From the NCBI GenBank assembly GCA_012964235.1, contig DTUJ01000094.1:1-47067 (forward strand): a stretch of 47,067 bases of DNA, read 5' to 3'. How positions within the stretch are numbered: position 1 is the first letter of the stretch; the number at the start of each line of letters is the position of its first letter. Made by a program: the position numbers and the translations under genes. This DNA is from Fidelibacterota bacterium. Lineage in GTDB: Bacteria; Fidelibacterota; Marinisomatia; Marinisomatales; UBA8229. Positions 31,518 through 40,961 of the stretch are shown here, piece by piece. Below the pieces are notes generated by a model. That model searched no databases. It was not told the origin of the DNA and was given only the letters and a program-made list of their open reading frames with translations.

Positions 31518-33584
31518 CTAATTAAGCAACAATCCTTTTATTGCCTTAACAATCTTTTTCGCATTGGGTAAATACCTTTCTTCTAAAATGGAATTTAAGG
31601 GTATCGCCGGAACATTCTCAGCTCCAATGACTGATACCGGTGCATCCAAATAACTGAAGCAATCTTCTTGGATCCTACCTGCCAATGCCTGAGCAAATGA
31701 ATTCTCTTTGGGCTCTTCAGTAACTACCAGACAGCGGCTGTGCTTGTTAACTGAATTAAAAATCAATTCTTCATCTAGAGGGTATATGGTTCGAAGGTCA
31801 ATGATTTCCACCTGTCCAGGGAAATTTTTTGCGGCTGATTTACCCCAGTAAACACCCATGCCATAAGTAATGATTGTAAGAGAATTTCCAGATTCTATCT
31901 GTGATTTTTCTGCCTCCAAAATTATATGTCCCTTCCCTAAGGGTAAAATATAATCCCGATCTGGTTCTGGACAAATTGCTGATTCTGTTCCTTTGATCTT
32001 GCTCCAATAGAGACCCTTATGCTCTAGCATTACAACTGGATTGGGATCATGATATGCAGCCTTCAAGAGTCCTTTCATATCAGCACTGTTAGATGGATAC
32101 ACAATTTTGATTCCTTTAATGTTAGCCAAAACAGACTCCACGGAAGACGAATGATAAGGACCTCCACTCCCATAGGCACCAATGGGCACCCGAATGATAC
32201 AGCTGACGGGCCACTTTCCTCTAGAAAGATAGCAGGAACGACTCACTTCTGTAAATAATTGATTCAATCCCGGCCAAATATAATCTGCAAACTGCACCTC
32301 TACGATTGGCTTGCAGCCTACTGCTGACATGCCTACGGTACTGCCAATAATGAATGCCTCCTGAATGGGAGTGTTAAACACACGATCATCGCCAAACGTA
32401 TCTGCCAAAGTCGCCGCTTCTCGGAAAACCCCCCCTAATCGCTTCCCAACATCCTGACCATACAGCAAACATTCGGGATACTCTTCCATGAGTTCTTTGA
32501 TGCCCAACAAGGCACAGTCCACCATCATGGTAGCCTTGGCACCTTCAGGATTACGGTTCCCAGTTTCCTCGGTTATTTCCGTAGATTGAAAAATATTTTC
32601 AAATAGCTCTTCAGGGTCAGGATCATCGGCATCCCCCGCTCTCAAAAAATCTGCCTCAACCTTTTTGATCGCTTCTTTCTCAATTTTATCAATCTCTTCT
32701 GACTTAATCCCAATTTCCTTTAACTGACTCTTGAGAATTGGCAATGGATCATCCTTGGCGTGCTCCGCTAAATCATCACGATACCATTCCATGCGCACTC
32801 CGGATGTATGATGATTCAATAAAGGGACATTCGCGTGAGCAAAGAACGGGCGGCGCTCTCTGCGCATTATTTCGATGGTTTTTTGAATAGTGTGATAGGA
32901 TTGTAAAAAGTCATTTCCTGCAAGCTCTAAAACTTCAATCCCATCATAGCCTTTTACATAGTCCACAATATTGTTGGAGCGTATCTCACTATTACTTGCA
33001 GAAATATCCCACCCATTATCCTGAATTAAATAGAGAATTGGGAATTGTTTCAGTGCTGCCATATGAAAAGCTTCCGACACTTCGCCCTCCGTAATGGATC
33101 CGTCACCCATGGAACAAACGACAATGGGATAATCATCTTTTTCAGATAGCTTTTGTTTTTCCAAATATTGAATCCCCATTGCTACCCCAGTCGTGGGGAT
33201 GGCCTGCATACCAGTTGCCGAAGATTGGTGCGGAATTTTAGGCATATCATCCCGCCGTAAACTTGGATGGGAATAATAAGACCGACCCCCTGAAAAAGGG
33301 TCATCTTTCTTTGCCAATAATTGTAGCATGAGTTCAAATGGCGTCATACCAATACTGAGGAGCAGGGCATCATCGCGGTAGTAGGGTGCTACCCAGTCCT
33401 GAGCTTTAAGCTGCATCCCCACGGCAATCTGAATGGCCTCATGTCCCCGTGAAGTGGCATGCACATACTTGGAAGCCACATCCTTATTCTCTTCGTAAAT
33501 ATCCGTCATAGCCTTTGCAGTACACATGAGGTCATACGCTCTATGAAGTATTTTTGGAGAAACAGAAATATTCTTTGGAGCCAT
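31518..33584 (-). CDS. Fused alpha/beta E1 component of a 2-oxoacid (branched-chain-type) dehydrogenase
   Basis: 688 aa. The N-terminal half has TPP-binding E1-alpha blocks (GDGSITEGEVSEAFHMAA, IQDNGWDIS). The C-terminal half has E1-beta/transketolase-like blocks (DVGKRLGGVFREA, NTPIQEAFIIG, VEVQFADYIWP). No E2 or E3 gene is adjacent. Confidence 0.8.
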   Translation of the reverse strand: MAPKNISVSPKILHRAYDLMCTAKAMTDIYEENKDVASKYVHATSRGHEAIQIAVGMQLKAQDWVAPYYRDDALLLSIGMTPFELMLQLLAKKDDPFSGGRSYYSHPSLRRDDMPKIPHQSSATGMQAIPTTGVAMGIQYLEKQKLSEKDDYPIVVCSMGDGSITEGEVSEAFHMAALKQFPILYLIQDNGWDISASNSEIRSNNIVDYVKGYDGIEVLELAGNDFLQSYHTIQKTIEIMRRERRPFFAHANVPLLNHHTSGVRMEWYRDDLAEHAKDDPLPILKSQLKEIGIKSEEIDKIEKEAIKKVEADFLRAGDADDPDPEELFENIFQSTEITEETGNRNPEGAKATMMVDCALLGIKELMEEYPECLLYGQDVGKRLGGVFREAATLADTFGDDRVFNTPIQEAFIIGSTVGMSAVGCKPIVEVQFADYIWPGLNQLFTEVSRSCYLSRGKWPVSCIIRVPIGAYGSGGPYHSSSVESVLANIKGIKIVYPSNSADMKGLLKAAYHDPNPVVMLEHKGLYWSKIKGTESAICPEPDRDYILPLGKGHIILEAEKSQIESGNSLTIITYGMGVYWGKSAAKNFPGQVEIIDLRTIYPLDEELIFNSVNKHSRCLVVTEEPKENSFAQALAGRIQEDCFSYLDAPVSVIGAENVPAIPLNSILEERYLPNAKKIVKAIKGLLLN

Positions 33585-34340
33585 TTACCCTTTTTTAAGT
33601 TTTTCCAGTGTTTCCCTTGCAAATTTTGACAACACCCGTGTTCCGCTCATTGCAGCTCGTTCTAATAATAAATTGTCCCAATGATTGGTGCCTTCCCACA
33701 TAACCTCTTTAAGTCCTCTCATAGAATCGGGATTAGATGCTGCCAACTTTTCAGCCAACGTTTGAATAGCTGTATCCATTTCTTCAGCGGAGTCATAGAC
33801 CTCTGCGAATAATCCTTTCTCTCTTGCCCAGTCCGCAGAATGCCACTGAGTTGCATTGATGGTGAGCTGACTGAAAGCAGATGGTCCAATTTTTCGTTCA
33901 ATGGGCGGACCCACCACAAATGGACCTATACCAATAGCCAGTTCGCTAAGTTTCACCGATGCAAATTTGGTTGCAAAACAGTAATCTGTAGCAGATGCCA
34001 TGCCCACTCCGCCGCCTACTGTTTTCCCCTGAACTCTGCCAATAATGAACTTGGGGCATTTTCGGGCAGCGTTTATGACATTGGCAAATCCGGAGAAAAA
34101 CTGTTTTCCCTGTGCTTCATTTTCTATTGCCATCAGTTCATCAAAGGATGCTCCCGCACAAAAGACTCTATCACCTCCGGATTTTAAAATCACCACTAAA
34201 ATTTTATCATTGTTTCCTGCTTCAGTTATGGTATCCGCTAATTTTTGCAGAATATCTCCGGGAAGTGAATTGCTCTGAGGGTGGAAAAACTCGATAGTTC
34301 CAATTCTATTTTCAATATCTAATTTCACATAGGGATTCAT
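33585..34340 (-). CDS. Enoyl-CoA hydratase/isomerase (crotonase) family protein
   Basis: 251 aa with the crotonase blocks VFCAGASFDEL and GKTVGGGVGMASATDY. It abuts the paaZ stop and the E1 start, so it is a possible PaaF-type hydratase by context. Confidence 0.75.
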   Translation of the reverse strand: MNPYVKLDIENRIGTIEFFHPQSNSLPGDILQKLADTITEAGNNDKILVVILKSGGDRVFCAGASFDELMAIENEAQGKQFFSGFANVINAARKCPKFIIGRVQGKTVGGGVGMASATDYCFATKFASVKLSELAIGIGPFVVGPPIERKIGPSAFSQLTINATQWHSADWAREKGLFAEVYDSAEEMDTAIQTLAEKLAASNPDSMRGLKEVMWEGTNHWDNLLLERAAMSGTRVLSKFARETLEKLKKG

Positions 34341-34343
34341 AAT

Positions 34344-36389
34344 TTAATCCTGATTTTTCTTTTTGATCATCGTTAATATGGTTGCCAGCATGACGGTCTC
34401 GCCCTCATCATCATAGACATCCACCAAAAATTTAACAATTCCCTTGGCAATGTCATCCTCTGATCGTTTTTCCTGCTCTATTTTTTCTTTGGCTGTAAAA
34501 CGAACTGCAATGGTCATACCCGGATAGACCGGTTTGGTGAAACGGCATTCATCAATTCCATAGTTTAACAATACGGGTCCCTTGGGAGGATCTACAAACA
34601 AACCTGCTGCTTTGGACAGGATATAATATCCGTGGGCAACTCGTTCGGTAAAGATGGTACCGTCCAGGGCATTTTCATCCATGTGAGCATAAAATTTATC
34701 ACCGCTAAGTTCTGCAAAATCTTCGATGTTTTCAATGGTTACCAGATGCGTATCTGTTGTCACCGTTTCACCAATTTCAATTTCTTCAAAATGCTTGCGG
34801 AAAACATGGGGACTTGATTCTGTCTGCTTTCCCCCATATTGGTATTGACTTGTCAATGCCGTAATGGTAGTGGGATGCCCCTGAATTGCAGTGCGCTGGA
34901 GATAGTGCATAATGCCTCTTTTCCCTCCCATTTCCTCTCCGCCTCCAGCTCTTCCGGGACCTCCATGGGTGAGCAACGGCATGGGTGAACCATGACCGGT
35001 ACTTTCTTTGGCACAGTCGCTGTTCAGCACCAGAATTCGGCCGTGCATAGAAGCAGCGCCCATGACAAAATCCTTGGCTATATTGTTATCCGCAGTAATA
35101 ATGGAACAAACCAAAGAACCTTTTCCCATTCGGGATAATTCTATGGCCTCATCCAAATTTTTATAGGGGAGAATGGTTGAAACGGGACCAAAAGCTTCTA
35201 TATTATGGCAGTCCCGTCTTTCAAATGGACTGTCATTTAAAAACAGGATAGGCGAGATGAAGGCACCCTTATTTTTATCGGCACCGGTAACTTCAAATTC
35301 ATTTACATCTCCGAAAACAATTTCTTGAGATTTAGCCAGTAAATTTACTTTTTCAGAAACTTCCTCTACCTGCGGTCGTCCAGCTAAAGAGCCCATGCGA
35401 ACTCCTTCAACAGAGGGATCCCCAATGACCGTTTTCGAAAGGCGATGGCTCAAAGCTGACTGAACATCATCCACCAATTTTTCAGGCACAATTATTCTAC
35501 GAATTGCAGTACATTTTTGACCGGCTTTAACGGTTATTTCTCTCTGTACCTCTTTGATGTATAGATCAAACTCCGCTGTTCCCGGTGTTGCATCCTCACC
35601 CAAAATGGAAGCATTTAATGAGTCCGCTTCCATATTAAAGGGTACCGCTTCTTCAATAATTTTGGGATTAGATTTTAGCATTTGTCCTGTGGAAGCACTG
35701 CCGGTAAAGGTTACCACATCTTCACACATGATATGATCTAAAATTCCATTGGCGGAACCGCAAATTAGCTGGAGCGCACCTTCCGGTAGAATGTCTGTTG
35801 CAATAATTTCCCGTACCATGAGTTCTGTTAAATAGCAGGTGAGGGTTGCCGGCTTCACAATGGCGGGCATGCCAGCCATGAGGTTTACCGCAATCTTTTC
35901 CAGCATACCCCAAATGGGAAAATTAAAAGCATTGATATGAATTACTACACCCTCTTTCGGCACCATAATATGATGACCTATAAACGAACCTCCTTTGGAG
36001 AGTTTTGCAGCCTCGCCATCCACATAATAGGGTAAATCCGGGAATTGTTTTCGCAGGGATGCGTTGGCAAATAGGTTGCCTATTCCGCCTTCGATGTCAA
36101 TCCATGAGTCCATTTTGGTAGCGCCGGTTGCAGCACTCAATTCATAAAACTTATCCTTAATGCCATGTAAATGAAGCGCCAGCGCTTTTAGCATTAAACC
36201 TCTCTGTTGAAATGTCATTTTTCTTAAGAAGGGACTGCCAACCTTACGGGCATAATCCATCATTTGGAAAAAGTCTAATCCCTTACTGCTTGCCCTCCCT
36301 ATTTCTGTTCCGGTAATGGCATTAAAAAGAGGGGTGCCGTCCCCATCTCCGTTCACCCATTTCCCCCTTGCGTAATTTTGATAATTCAT
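34344..36389 (-). CDS. paaZ: Bifunctional oxepin-CoA hydrolase / 3-oxo-5,6-dehydrosuberyl-CoA semialdehyde dehydrogenase
   Basis: About 681 aa. It has an N-terminal ALDH domain (FTGSASTGQ, NMEADSLN, AGQKCTAIRR) and a C-terminal MaoC hot-dog domain (AELSGDKFYAHMDE, VAHGYY). I prefer the start MNYQNYARGKW at 36389 (TAATG overlap with paaY); the tracked ORF extends to 36410. Confidence 0.85.
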   Translation of the reverse strand: MNYQNYARGKWVNGDGDGTPLFNAITGTEIGRASSKGLDFFQMMDYARKVGSPFLRKMTFQQRGLMLKALALHLHGIKDKFYELSAATGATKMDSWIDIEGGIGNLFANASLRKQFPDLPYYVDGEAAKLSKGGSFIGHHIMVPKEGVVIHINAFNFPIWGMLEKIAVNLMAGMPAIVKPATLTCYLTELMVREIIATDILPEGALQLICGSANGILDHIMCEDVVTFTGSASTGQMLKSNPKIIEEAVPFNMEADSLNASILGEDATPGTAEFDLYIKEVQREITVKAGQKCTAIRRIIVPEKLVDDVQSALSHRLSKTVIGDPSVEGVRMGSLAGRPQVEEVSEKVNLLAKSQEIVFGDVNEFEVTGADKNKGAFISPILFLNDSPFERRDCHNIEAFGPVSTILPYKNLDEAIELSRMGKGSLVCSIITADNNIAKDFVMGAASMHGRILVLNSDCAKESTGHGSPMPLLTHGGPGRAGGGEEMGGKRGIMHYLQRTAIQGHPTTITALTSQYQYGGKQTESSPHVFRKHFEEIEIGETVTTDTHLVTIENIEDFAELSGDKFYAHMDENALDGTIFTERVAHGYYILSKAAGLFVDPPKGPVLLNYGIDECRFTKPVYPGMTIAVRFTAKEKIEQEKRSEDDIAKGIVKFLVDVYDDEGETVMLATILTMIKKKNQD

Positions 36390-36982
36390 TATTTCTTGGT
36401 CTCTTTCCATGGTTTAAAATGAGTTGTTTGAGATGGGCGATCCTTTTGGATTTCCCGTAAGGGTTCGCATTCTCGCAAGGAATTATAACAATCCTCCGGG
36501 AGTTGTTGATAAATTTTGGTTCCGGTAGATTTCCAGTCAAGCATTTCATCGGAAATGTCTCCCTTAATTATGGCAGGATTACCCACCACCAATTTCCGGT
36601 TTGGAATTTGCATTTCTCCTTTGATGAAACAGAGGGCGCCCACAATACATTCATCACCCACTTCCGCATCATCCATGACAACAGAGTTCATCCCAATAAG
36701 CGTATTTCTCCCAATATTTCCCCCGTGAATGACTGCTCCATGTCCAATATGAGCACCTTCTTTCAGCAACACAGACTTTCCCGGAAAGACATGAATTGTA
36801 CAATTTTCCTGCACATTGCAACCATCCTCAATAATGATTTCACCCCAGTCTCCCCGAACGGCAGCCCCGGGACCAATATATACTTTTTTACCAACAATGA
36901 CATTCCCCGTCACTGTCGCTTGAGGGTGGATAAAAGCAGATTCCATAATTACCGGCTTATAGCCATTAAATTCGTAAATCAT
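36389..36982 (-). CDS. paaY: PaaY-type hexapeptide-repeat (gamma-carbonic-anhydrase-like) protein
   Basis: 197 aa. It has a left-handed beta-helix repeat pattern (IHPQATVTGNVIVG, IGPGAAVRGD, IGHGAVIHG) and a C-terminal helix. It lies within the paa cluster. Confidence 0.8.
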   Translation of the reverse strand: MIYEFNGYKPVIMESAFIHPQATVTGNVIVGKKVYIGPGAAVRGDWGEIIIEDGCNVQENCTIHVFPGKSVLLKEGAHIGHGAVIHGGNIGRNTLIGMNSVVMDDAEVGDECIVGALCFIKGEMQIPNRKLVVGNPAIIKGDISDEMLDWKSTGTKIYQQLPEDCYNSLRECEPLREIQKDRPSQTTHFKPWKETKK

Positions 36983-37597
36983 TTAACATTTCTCATATTT
37001 CCAGGATTTCTTTTTACCGTCACTGAGCCATTCAATACTGGTATTTAACCGCTTGAACCGAGTGGCTTCCTGCTTAGCAGTTGCTACCCATTGAAGGTAT
37101 TCCTTTTTGTAGGATGGTGCCAGACTATTAAAAAAATCCCGTGCTTTTGGATTATCGTTTAGCGCATTTTGAAAATCTTCAGGAAAATCTGCTGCAATTT
37201 TTTTGGGTGTTGGCTTTTTGCCCTGCCTGTTGAGTTCCATCGCTTCTAATAAATAATATTTTAACTGCTCTTTGTCCACTTCCGAAAGGGCAGTATATTT
37301 TATCATGCGGTTAATTTGATCCTCATATTGTTTTTCAAAAAGATTATACTTATCTGTGACAAGAGAACCTTTGAAAAAATTGAGCCCTACATGATTTTTA
37401 AAGGATGCCAGCCAGCAGACCATTCCCTTAGAATTAAAATTTGGTGCGCCCCATTTCCAGTCTTCTTCTAATCCAATTTCTGATGAGGTGAGGATTTCTC
37501 GTAAGTGAATGAGGATTTCATGAAATTCGCCACCTACATTATTGATGTAGTCAGTAATTTTCTGTGAAGCCCCAGGATTTATATTGGACTTCCCCAT
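36983..37597 (-). CDS. DUF1801 (YdhG-like) + YdeI/OmpD-associated domain protein
   Basis: 204 aa. The N-terminal WKWGAPNF...HVGLNFFKG block resembles DUF1801. The C-terminal FFNSLAPSYKKEYLQWVATAKQEATRFKR resembles the YdeI family. Its stop abuts the paaY start. Confidence 0.6.
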   Translation of the reverse strand: MGKSNINPGASQKITDYINNVGGEFHEILIHLREILTSSEIGLEEDWKWGAPNFNSKGMVCWLASFKNHVGLNFFKGSLVTDKYNLFEKQYEDQINRMIKYTALSEVDKEQLKYYLLEAMELNRQGKKPTPKKIAADFPEDFQNALNDNPKARDFFNSLAPSYKKEYLQWVATAKQEATRFKRLNTSIEWLSDGKKKSWKYEKC

Positions 37598-37600
37598 TAC

Positions 37601-38809
37601 CTATACTTTTTCAATGATCGTGGCATAGCCTTGTCCAACACCTACACACATGGCAACCATGGCATATTTTTTCTGCTTTCTCTGGAGTTCCAAGGCAGCG
37701 GTTTGCAGAATCCGTGTTCCTGTCATGCCTAGGGGATGACCCAAAGCTAACGCACCTCCATTGGGATTTATACGGGGATCATCATCTGCCAATCCCCATT
37801 CTCTGATACACGCCAAGGACTGTGCCGAAAATGCTTCATTCAGTTCAATGACATCCATATCATCCATTTTCAAGCCGGATTTTTCAAGGGCTTTATTCGC
37901 AGCCTGCACCGGACCAATACCCATAATTCGGGGTTCAACTCCCACTACAACAGATGAAAGAATTCGTGCCAACGGATTTAGTCCATGAGTCTTAACACCC
38001 TCTTCTGAAGCAATGAGCATGGCAGCGGCTCCGTCATTAAGCCCGGAAGAATTTCCGGCGGTGACGGTACCATCCTTTTTAAAGGCTGGCTTAAGTTTCG
38101 CCAATCCTTCAATGGAGGTATGAGGTTTTACAAATTCGTCATCCTTAAAAATGATGGGATCGGCTTTTCGTTGGGGTATTTCGACCGAGATAATTTCATT
38201 TTCGAAAATTTCCTCTTTTTGAGCTAATGCTGCTTTCATCTGGGAATGATATGCGAAAGCATCCTGATCATTCCGATTAATGTCATATTTCTCAGCCAGA
38301 TTTTCTGCTGTTTGTCCCATTCCCTCAGTGCCATAGATTTCCTGCATTTTGGGATTGATGAAGCGCCAGCCAAAACTGGAGTCCTCCATTTGTGAATCCC
38401 TGCCGAATGGTTTGGACGCTTTGGAAATCACCCAGGGACCACGGGTCATGTTTTCCACGCCACCTGCAATAAATAAATCACCATCTCCCGATTGAATAGC
38501 ACGATGGGCATGGATGATAGCGGACATTCCTGAAGCACAGAGACGATTCACTGTTTCACCGGGGACAGAAAATGGAAGCCCTGCCAATAATAATGCCATT
38601 CGGGCCACATTGCGGTTATCTTCTCCAGCCTGATTGGCGCAGCCCATTATGACATCATCAATTTCTACCGGATCAAAATCGTGGCGGTCCATTAAAGAAC
38701 GAATGGCGTGGGCAGCTAAATCATCGGTTCGGACTTGTGATAAGGTTCCTCCAAATTTACCTATAGGAGTCCGTACTGCATCAATTATATAGGAGTCTTT
38801 ATTTCTCAT
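37601..38809 (-). CDS. paaJ: 3-oxoadipyl-CoA / 3-oxo-5,6-dehydrosuberyl-CoA thiolase
   Basis: 402 aa. It is a canonical degradative thiolase: VNRLCASGMSAI (nucleophilic Cys), NEAFSAQ, GGALALGHPLGMTG and the C-terminal MCVGVGQG. Confidence 0.85.
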   Translation of the reverse strand: MRNKDSYIIDAVRTPIGKFGGTLSQVRTDDLAAHAIRSLMDRHDFDPVEIDDVIMGCANQAGEDNRNVARMALLLAGLPFSVPGETVNRLCASGMSAIIHAHRAIQSGDGDLFIAGGVENMTRGPWVISKASKPFGRDSQMEDSSFGWRFINPKMQEIYGTEGMGQTAENLAEKYDINRNDQDAFAYHSQMKAALAQKEEIFENEIISVEIPQRKADPIIFKDDEFVKPHTSIEGLAKLKPAFKKDGTVTAGNSSGLNDGAAAMLIASEEGVKTHGLNPLARILSSVVVGVEPRIMGIGPVQAANKALEKSGLKMDDMDVIELNEAFSAQSLACIREWGLADDDPRINPNGGALALGHPLGMTGTRILQTAALELQRKQKKYAMVAMCVGVGQGYATIIEKV

Positions 38810-38904
38810 TCATCCTCCGAAAACCAATCTTTGGTAGTACGATATACGGTGCCCTTAAAATAAGCAATTTCCTGATTATCCTGATTAGTATCGGACTGAT
38901 TCAT
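38806..38904 (-). CDS. Possible 32-aa leader/micro-ORF translationally coupled to paaJ
   Basis: The reading is ATG(38904)...MNQSDTNQDNQEIAYFKGTVYRTTKDWFSEDE-TGA. The stop overlaps the paaJ ATG (ATGA at 38806-38809). A purine-rich GAGGG lies about 11 nt upstream. I have no homology evidence. Confidence 0.2.
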   Translation of the reverse strand: MNQSDTNQDNQEIAYFKGTVYRTTKDWFSEDE

Positions 38905-38911
38905 AAAAGGA

Positions 38912-39002
38912 AACCCTCAATAAAAGGGTTCCTGCCCGTCCGGCAGGCGGAAAAACCCCTAACTTGTTGTCTTTTAAATAATCCCCGCTCTAAAGGACGG
39001 GG
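38912..39002 (-). promoter_or_regulatory. Cluster of three stem-loops in the paaH-paaJ spacer (attenuator/terminator/processing candidate)
   Basis: The stems are AACCCT (38912-17)/AGGGTT (38925-30), CCTGCC (38931-36)/GGCAGG (38942-47) and CCCCG (38983-87)/CGGGG (38998-39002). This 216-nt gap is the only long gap inside the otherwise tightly packed paa operon. Confidence 0.3.
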
Positions 39003-39025
39003 CAAATGAAATTTTTTGAGTGTAA

Positions 39026-40189
39026 TCATGAATAAAATGTAGAATTTTCACTTGCCTTTTTTATGAGCAATGGGCTGGCAATATAGCGGTCATCTCCATA
39101 TTGAGAATGGAGTTCTTTTAATTGAGAAAGGGGTATATTTAATCCGATATCATCTGCCCATTTCAGCAGTCCTTTGGGATAGTTCACACCTGTAGTCATG
39201 GCAATGTCAATATCCTCCCGGGTAGCAATGGATCCGTTCAAAGCATCAGCCGCAGCATTAATAAGCATGACTAAAATCCGGTTGAATATTTCCCTACCTA
39301 ATTCCTCATTCTTTTTAGGTTCAGGATTAACAGCGCTTTCTGAATAATCAAAATAACCTTTACCGGATTTTCTACCCAGCAATCCTTCGTCCATCATTTT
39401 CCTTTGTGTAGGAGAGGGCTTATAGCGGGGATCATGGTTGGTTCCATCATACACGGCTTTGGTGGCAGAATAATTAATATCGTTTCCAATATAATCCATG
39501 AGTTCAAATGGACCCATACGAAATCCGCCAAACTCCTTCATTGCCCAATCAATAGTGGCAAAATCGGCAATGCCATCTTCGAAAATTTTCAGTGCTTCTC
39601 CGTAGAATGGCCGCGCTACCCGATTCACAATAAAACCGGGTGTGTCTTTGGCGGTAACCACCGTTTTTCCCCAACCCTCCAAAATGGATTTTACCTCTTT
39701 TACTAATCTTTCATCTGTTTTTTCGGTGGGAATTACTTCCACCAATTTCATCAAAGGTACCGGATTAAAAAAATGAATGCCCACAATCCTGGTTTGATTG
39801 TTACAGGCAGATGCGATGCCTGCCACTGAAAGTGATGAAGTATTGGTAGCTAAAATACAGTCCTCTGATACCAATGATTCCATTTGAGAAAATAATTTCT
39901 GCTTGATTTCTAGATTTTCAACAATAGCTTCAATTACCAGATCACTATCAGCAATCTCTTCCGTTTCTGAAGTCCAGTTGATATTTGCTAAAATATGTTG
40001 GGTTTTGTCCTCATTCATTTTTCCTTTTTCAACCAAACGATTGAGAATTGACTTTAGTTTGGATTGGGAACTTTCTAATGCCTGTGGAAAGGAATCAACA
40101 ATAGTAACCTGACAACTATTTGATGCTGCCACTTGTGCAATTCCAGATCCCATAGTGCCGGCACCTATTACAGAAATTTTATTGCTCAT
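39026..40189 (-). CDS. paaH: 3-hydroxyacyl-CoA (3-hydroxyadipyl-CoA) dehydrogenase
   Basis: 387 aa. It has the Rossmann block KISVIGAGTMGSGIAQV, NTSSLSV, GIHFFNPVP and PGFIVNR, plus an extra C-terminal helical domain. It overlaps paaG by 4 nt. Confidence 0.8.
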   Translation of the reverse strand: MSNKISVIGAGTMGSGIAQVAASNSCQVTIVDSFPQALESSQSKLKSILNRLVEKGKMNEDKTQHILANINWTSETEEIADSDLVIEAIVENLEIKQKLFSQMESLVSEDCILATNTSSLSVAGIASACNNQTRIVGIHFFNPVPLMKLVEVIPTEKTDERLVKEVKSILEGWGKTVVTAKDTPGFIVNRVARPFYGEALKIFEDGIADFATIDWAMKEFGGFRMGPFELMDYIGNDINYSATKAVYDGTNHDPRYKPSPTQRKMMDEGLLGRKSGKGYFDYSESAVNPEPKKNEELGREIFNRILVMLINAAADALNGSIATREDIDIAMTTGVNYPKGLLKWADDIGLNIPLSQLKELHSQYGDDRYIASPLLIKKASENSTFYS

Positions 40190-40956
40190 TTGCCGGTAAA
40201 TACCGGGGGTCGTTTTTCTAAAAATGCCTGGACACCTTCTTTATGGTCTTCCGATTTGGCTGAGAGCGCCTGTGTTTCAGCTTCTAAATCCAATTGTTCA
40301 TCCAGAGAATTATTGAGAGAATGGGTGAGCAATCTTTTGGTATATCCCAATCCTTTTGTAGGCATTTCAGAAATAGATTTTGCCAACTGCAATGATTTGG
40401 ATTCAAACTCAGCATCCTCATACACGGCATAGATCATTCCCATTTTTTCCGCTTTTTCAGCAGATATCGATTCGCCCGTCATCATGAGGGCGGTTGCCTT
40501 TGGGAGCCCAATTAAACGGGGTAAAAAGTAGGTACCGCCGCTATCTGGAATTAACCCAATCTTACTAAAGGCCTGAATAAAGTTTGCTGATTTGCCTGCC
40601 ACCACAATATCACACGCCAATGCTACATTGGCACCTGCCCCGGCAGCTATGCCATTTACTGCAGCTATCACCGGTTTCTCAATTTCACGAATTTTCCTGA
40701 TAATGGGATTATAATGCTCCCGAACAATTTGCTCAATTTCCGGTCCTTCAGGATCGGTGGCTTCTTTTAAATCCTGTCCGGCGCAGAATGCTTTCCCCGA
40801 ACCGGTAATGAGAATACAGCGAATGCTATCATCATTGGCGCAATCATTTAAAATATTTTGCAGAGCCAATGCCATCTCCCGGACAAAAGAATTATATTTC
40901 TCCGGGCGGTTTAGGGTTGTTTTCCCAATTGCATCTATTTTTTCAAATAGGATCAT
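40186..40956 (-). CDS. paaG: 2-(1,2-epoxy-1,2-dihydrophenyl)acetyl-CoA isomerase (crotonase family)
   Basis: 256 aa. It aligns end to end by eye with E. coli PaaG: LNRPEKYNSF, IRCILITGSGKAFCAGQDL, AAVNGIAAGAGANVALACDIVVA, AFSKIGLIPDSGGT, and the C-terminal EGVQAFLEKRPPVFTGK. Confidence 0.85.
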   Translation of the reverse strand: MILFEKIDAIGKTTLNRPEKYNSFVREMALALQNILNDCANDDSIRCILITGSGKAFCAGQDLKEATDPEGPEIEQIVREHYNPIIRKIREIEKPVIAAVNGIAAGAGANVALACDIVVAGKSANFIQAFSKIGLIPDSGGTYFLPRLIGLPKATALMMTGESISAEKAEKMGMIYAVYEDAEFESKSLQLAKSISEMPTKGLGYTKRLLTHSLNNSLDEQLDLEAETQALSAKSEDHKEGVQAFLEKRPPVFTGK

Positions 40957-40961
40957 GGCAT

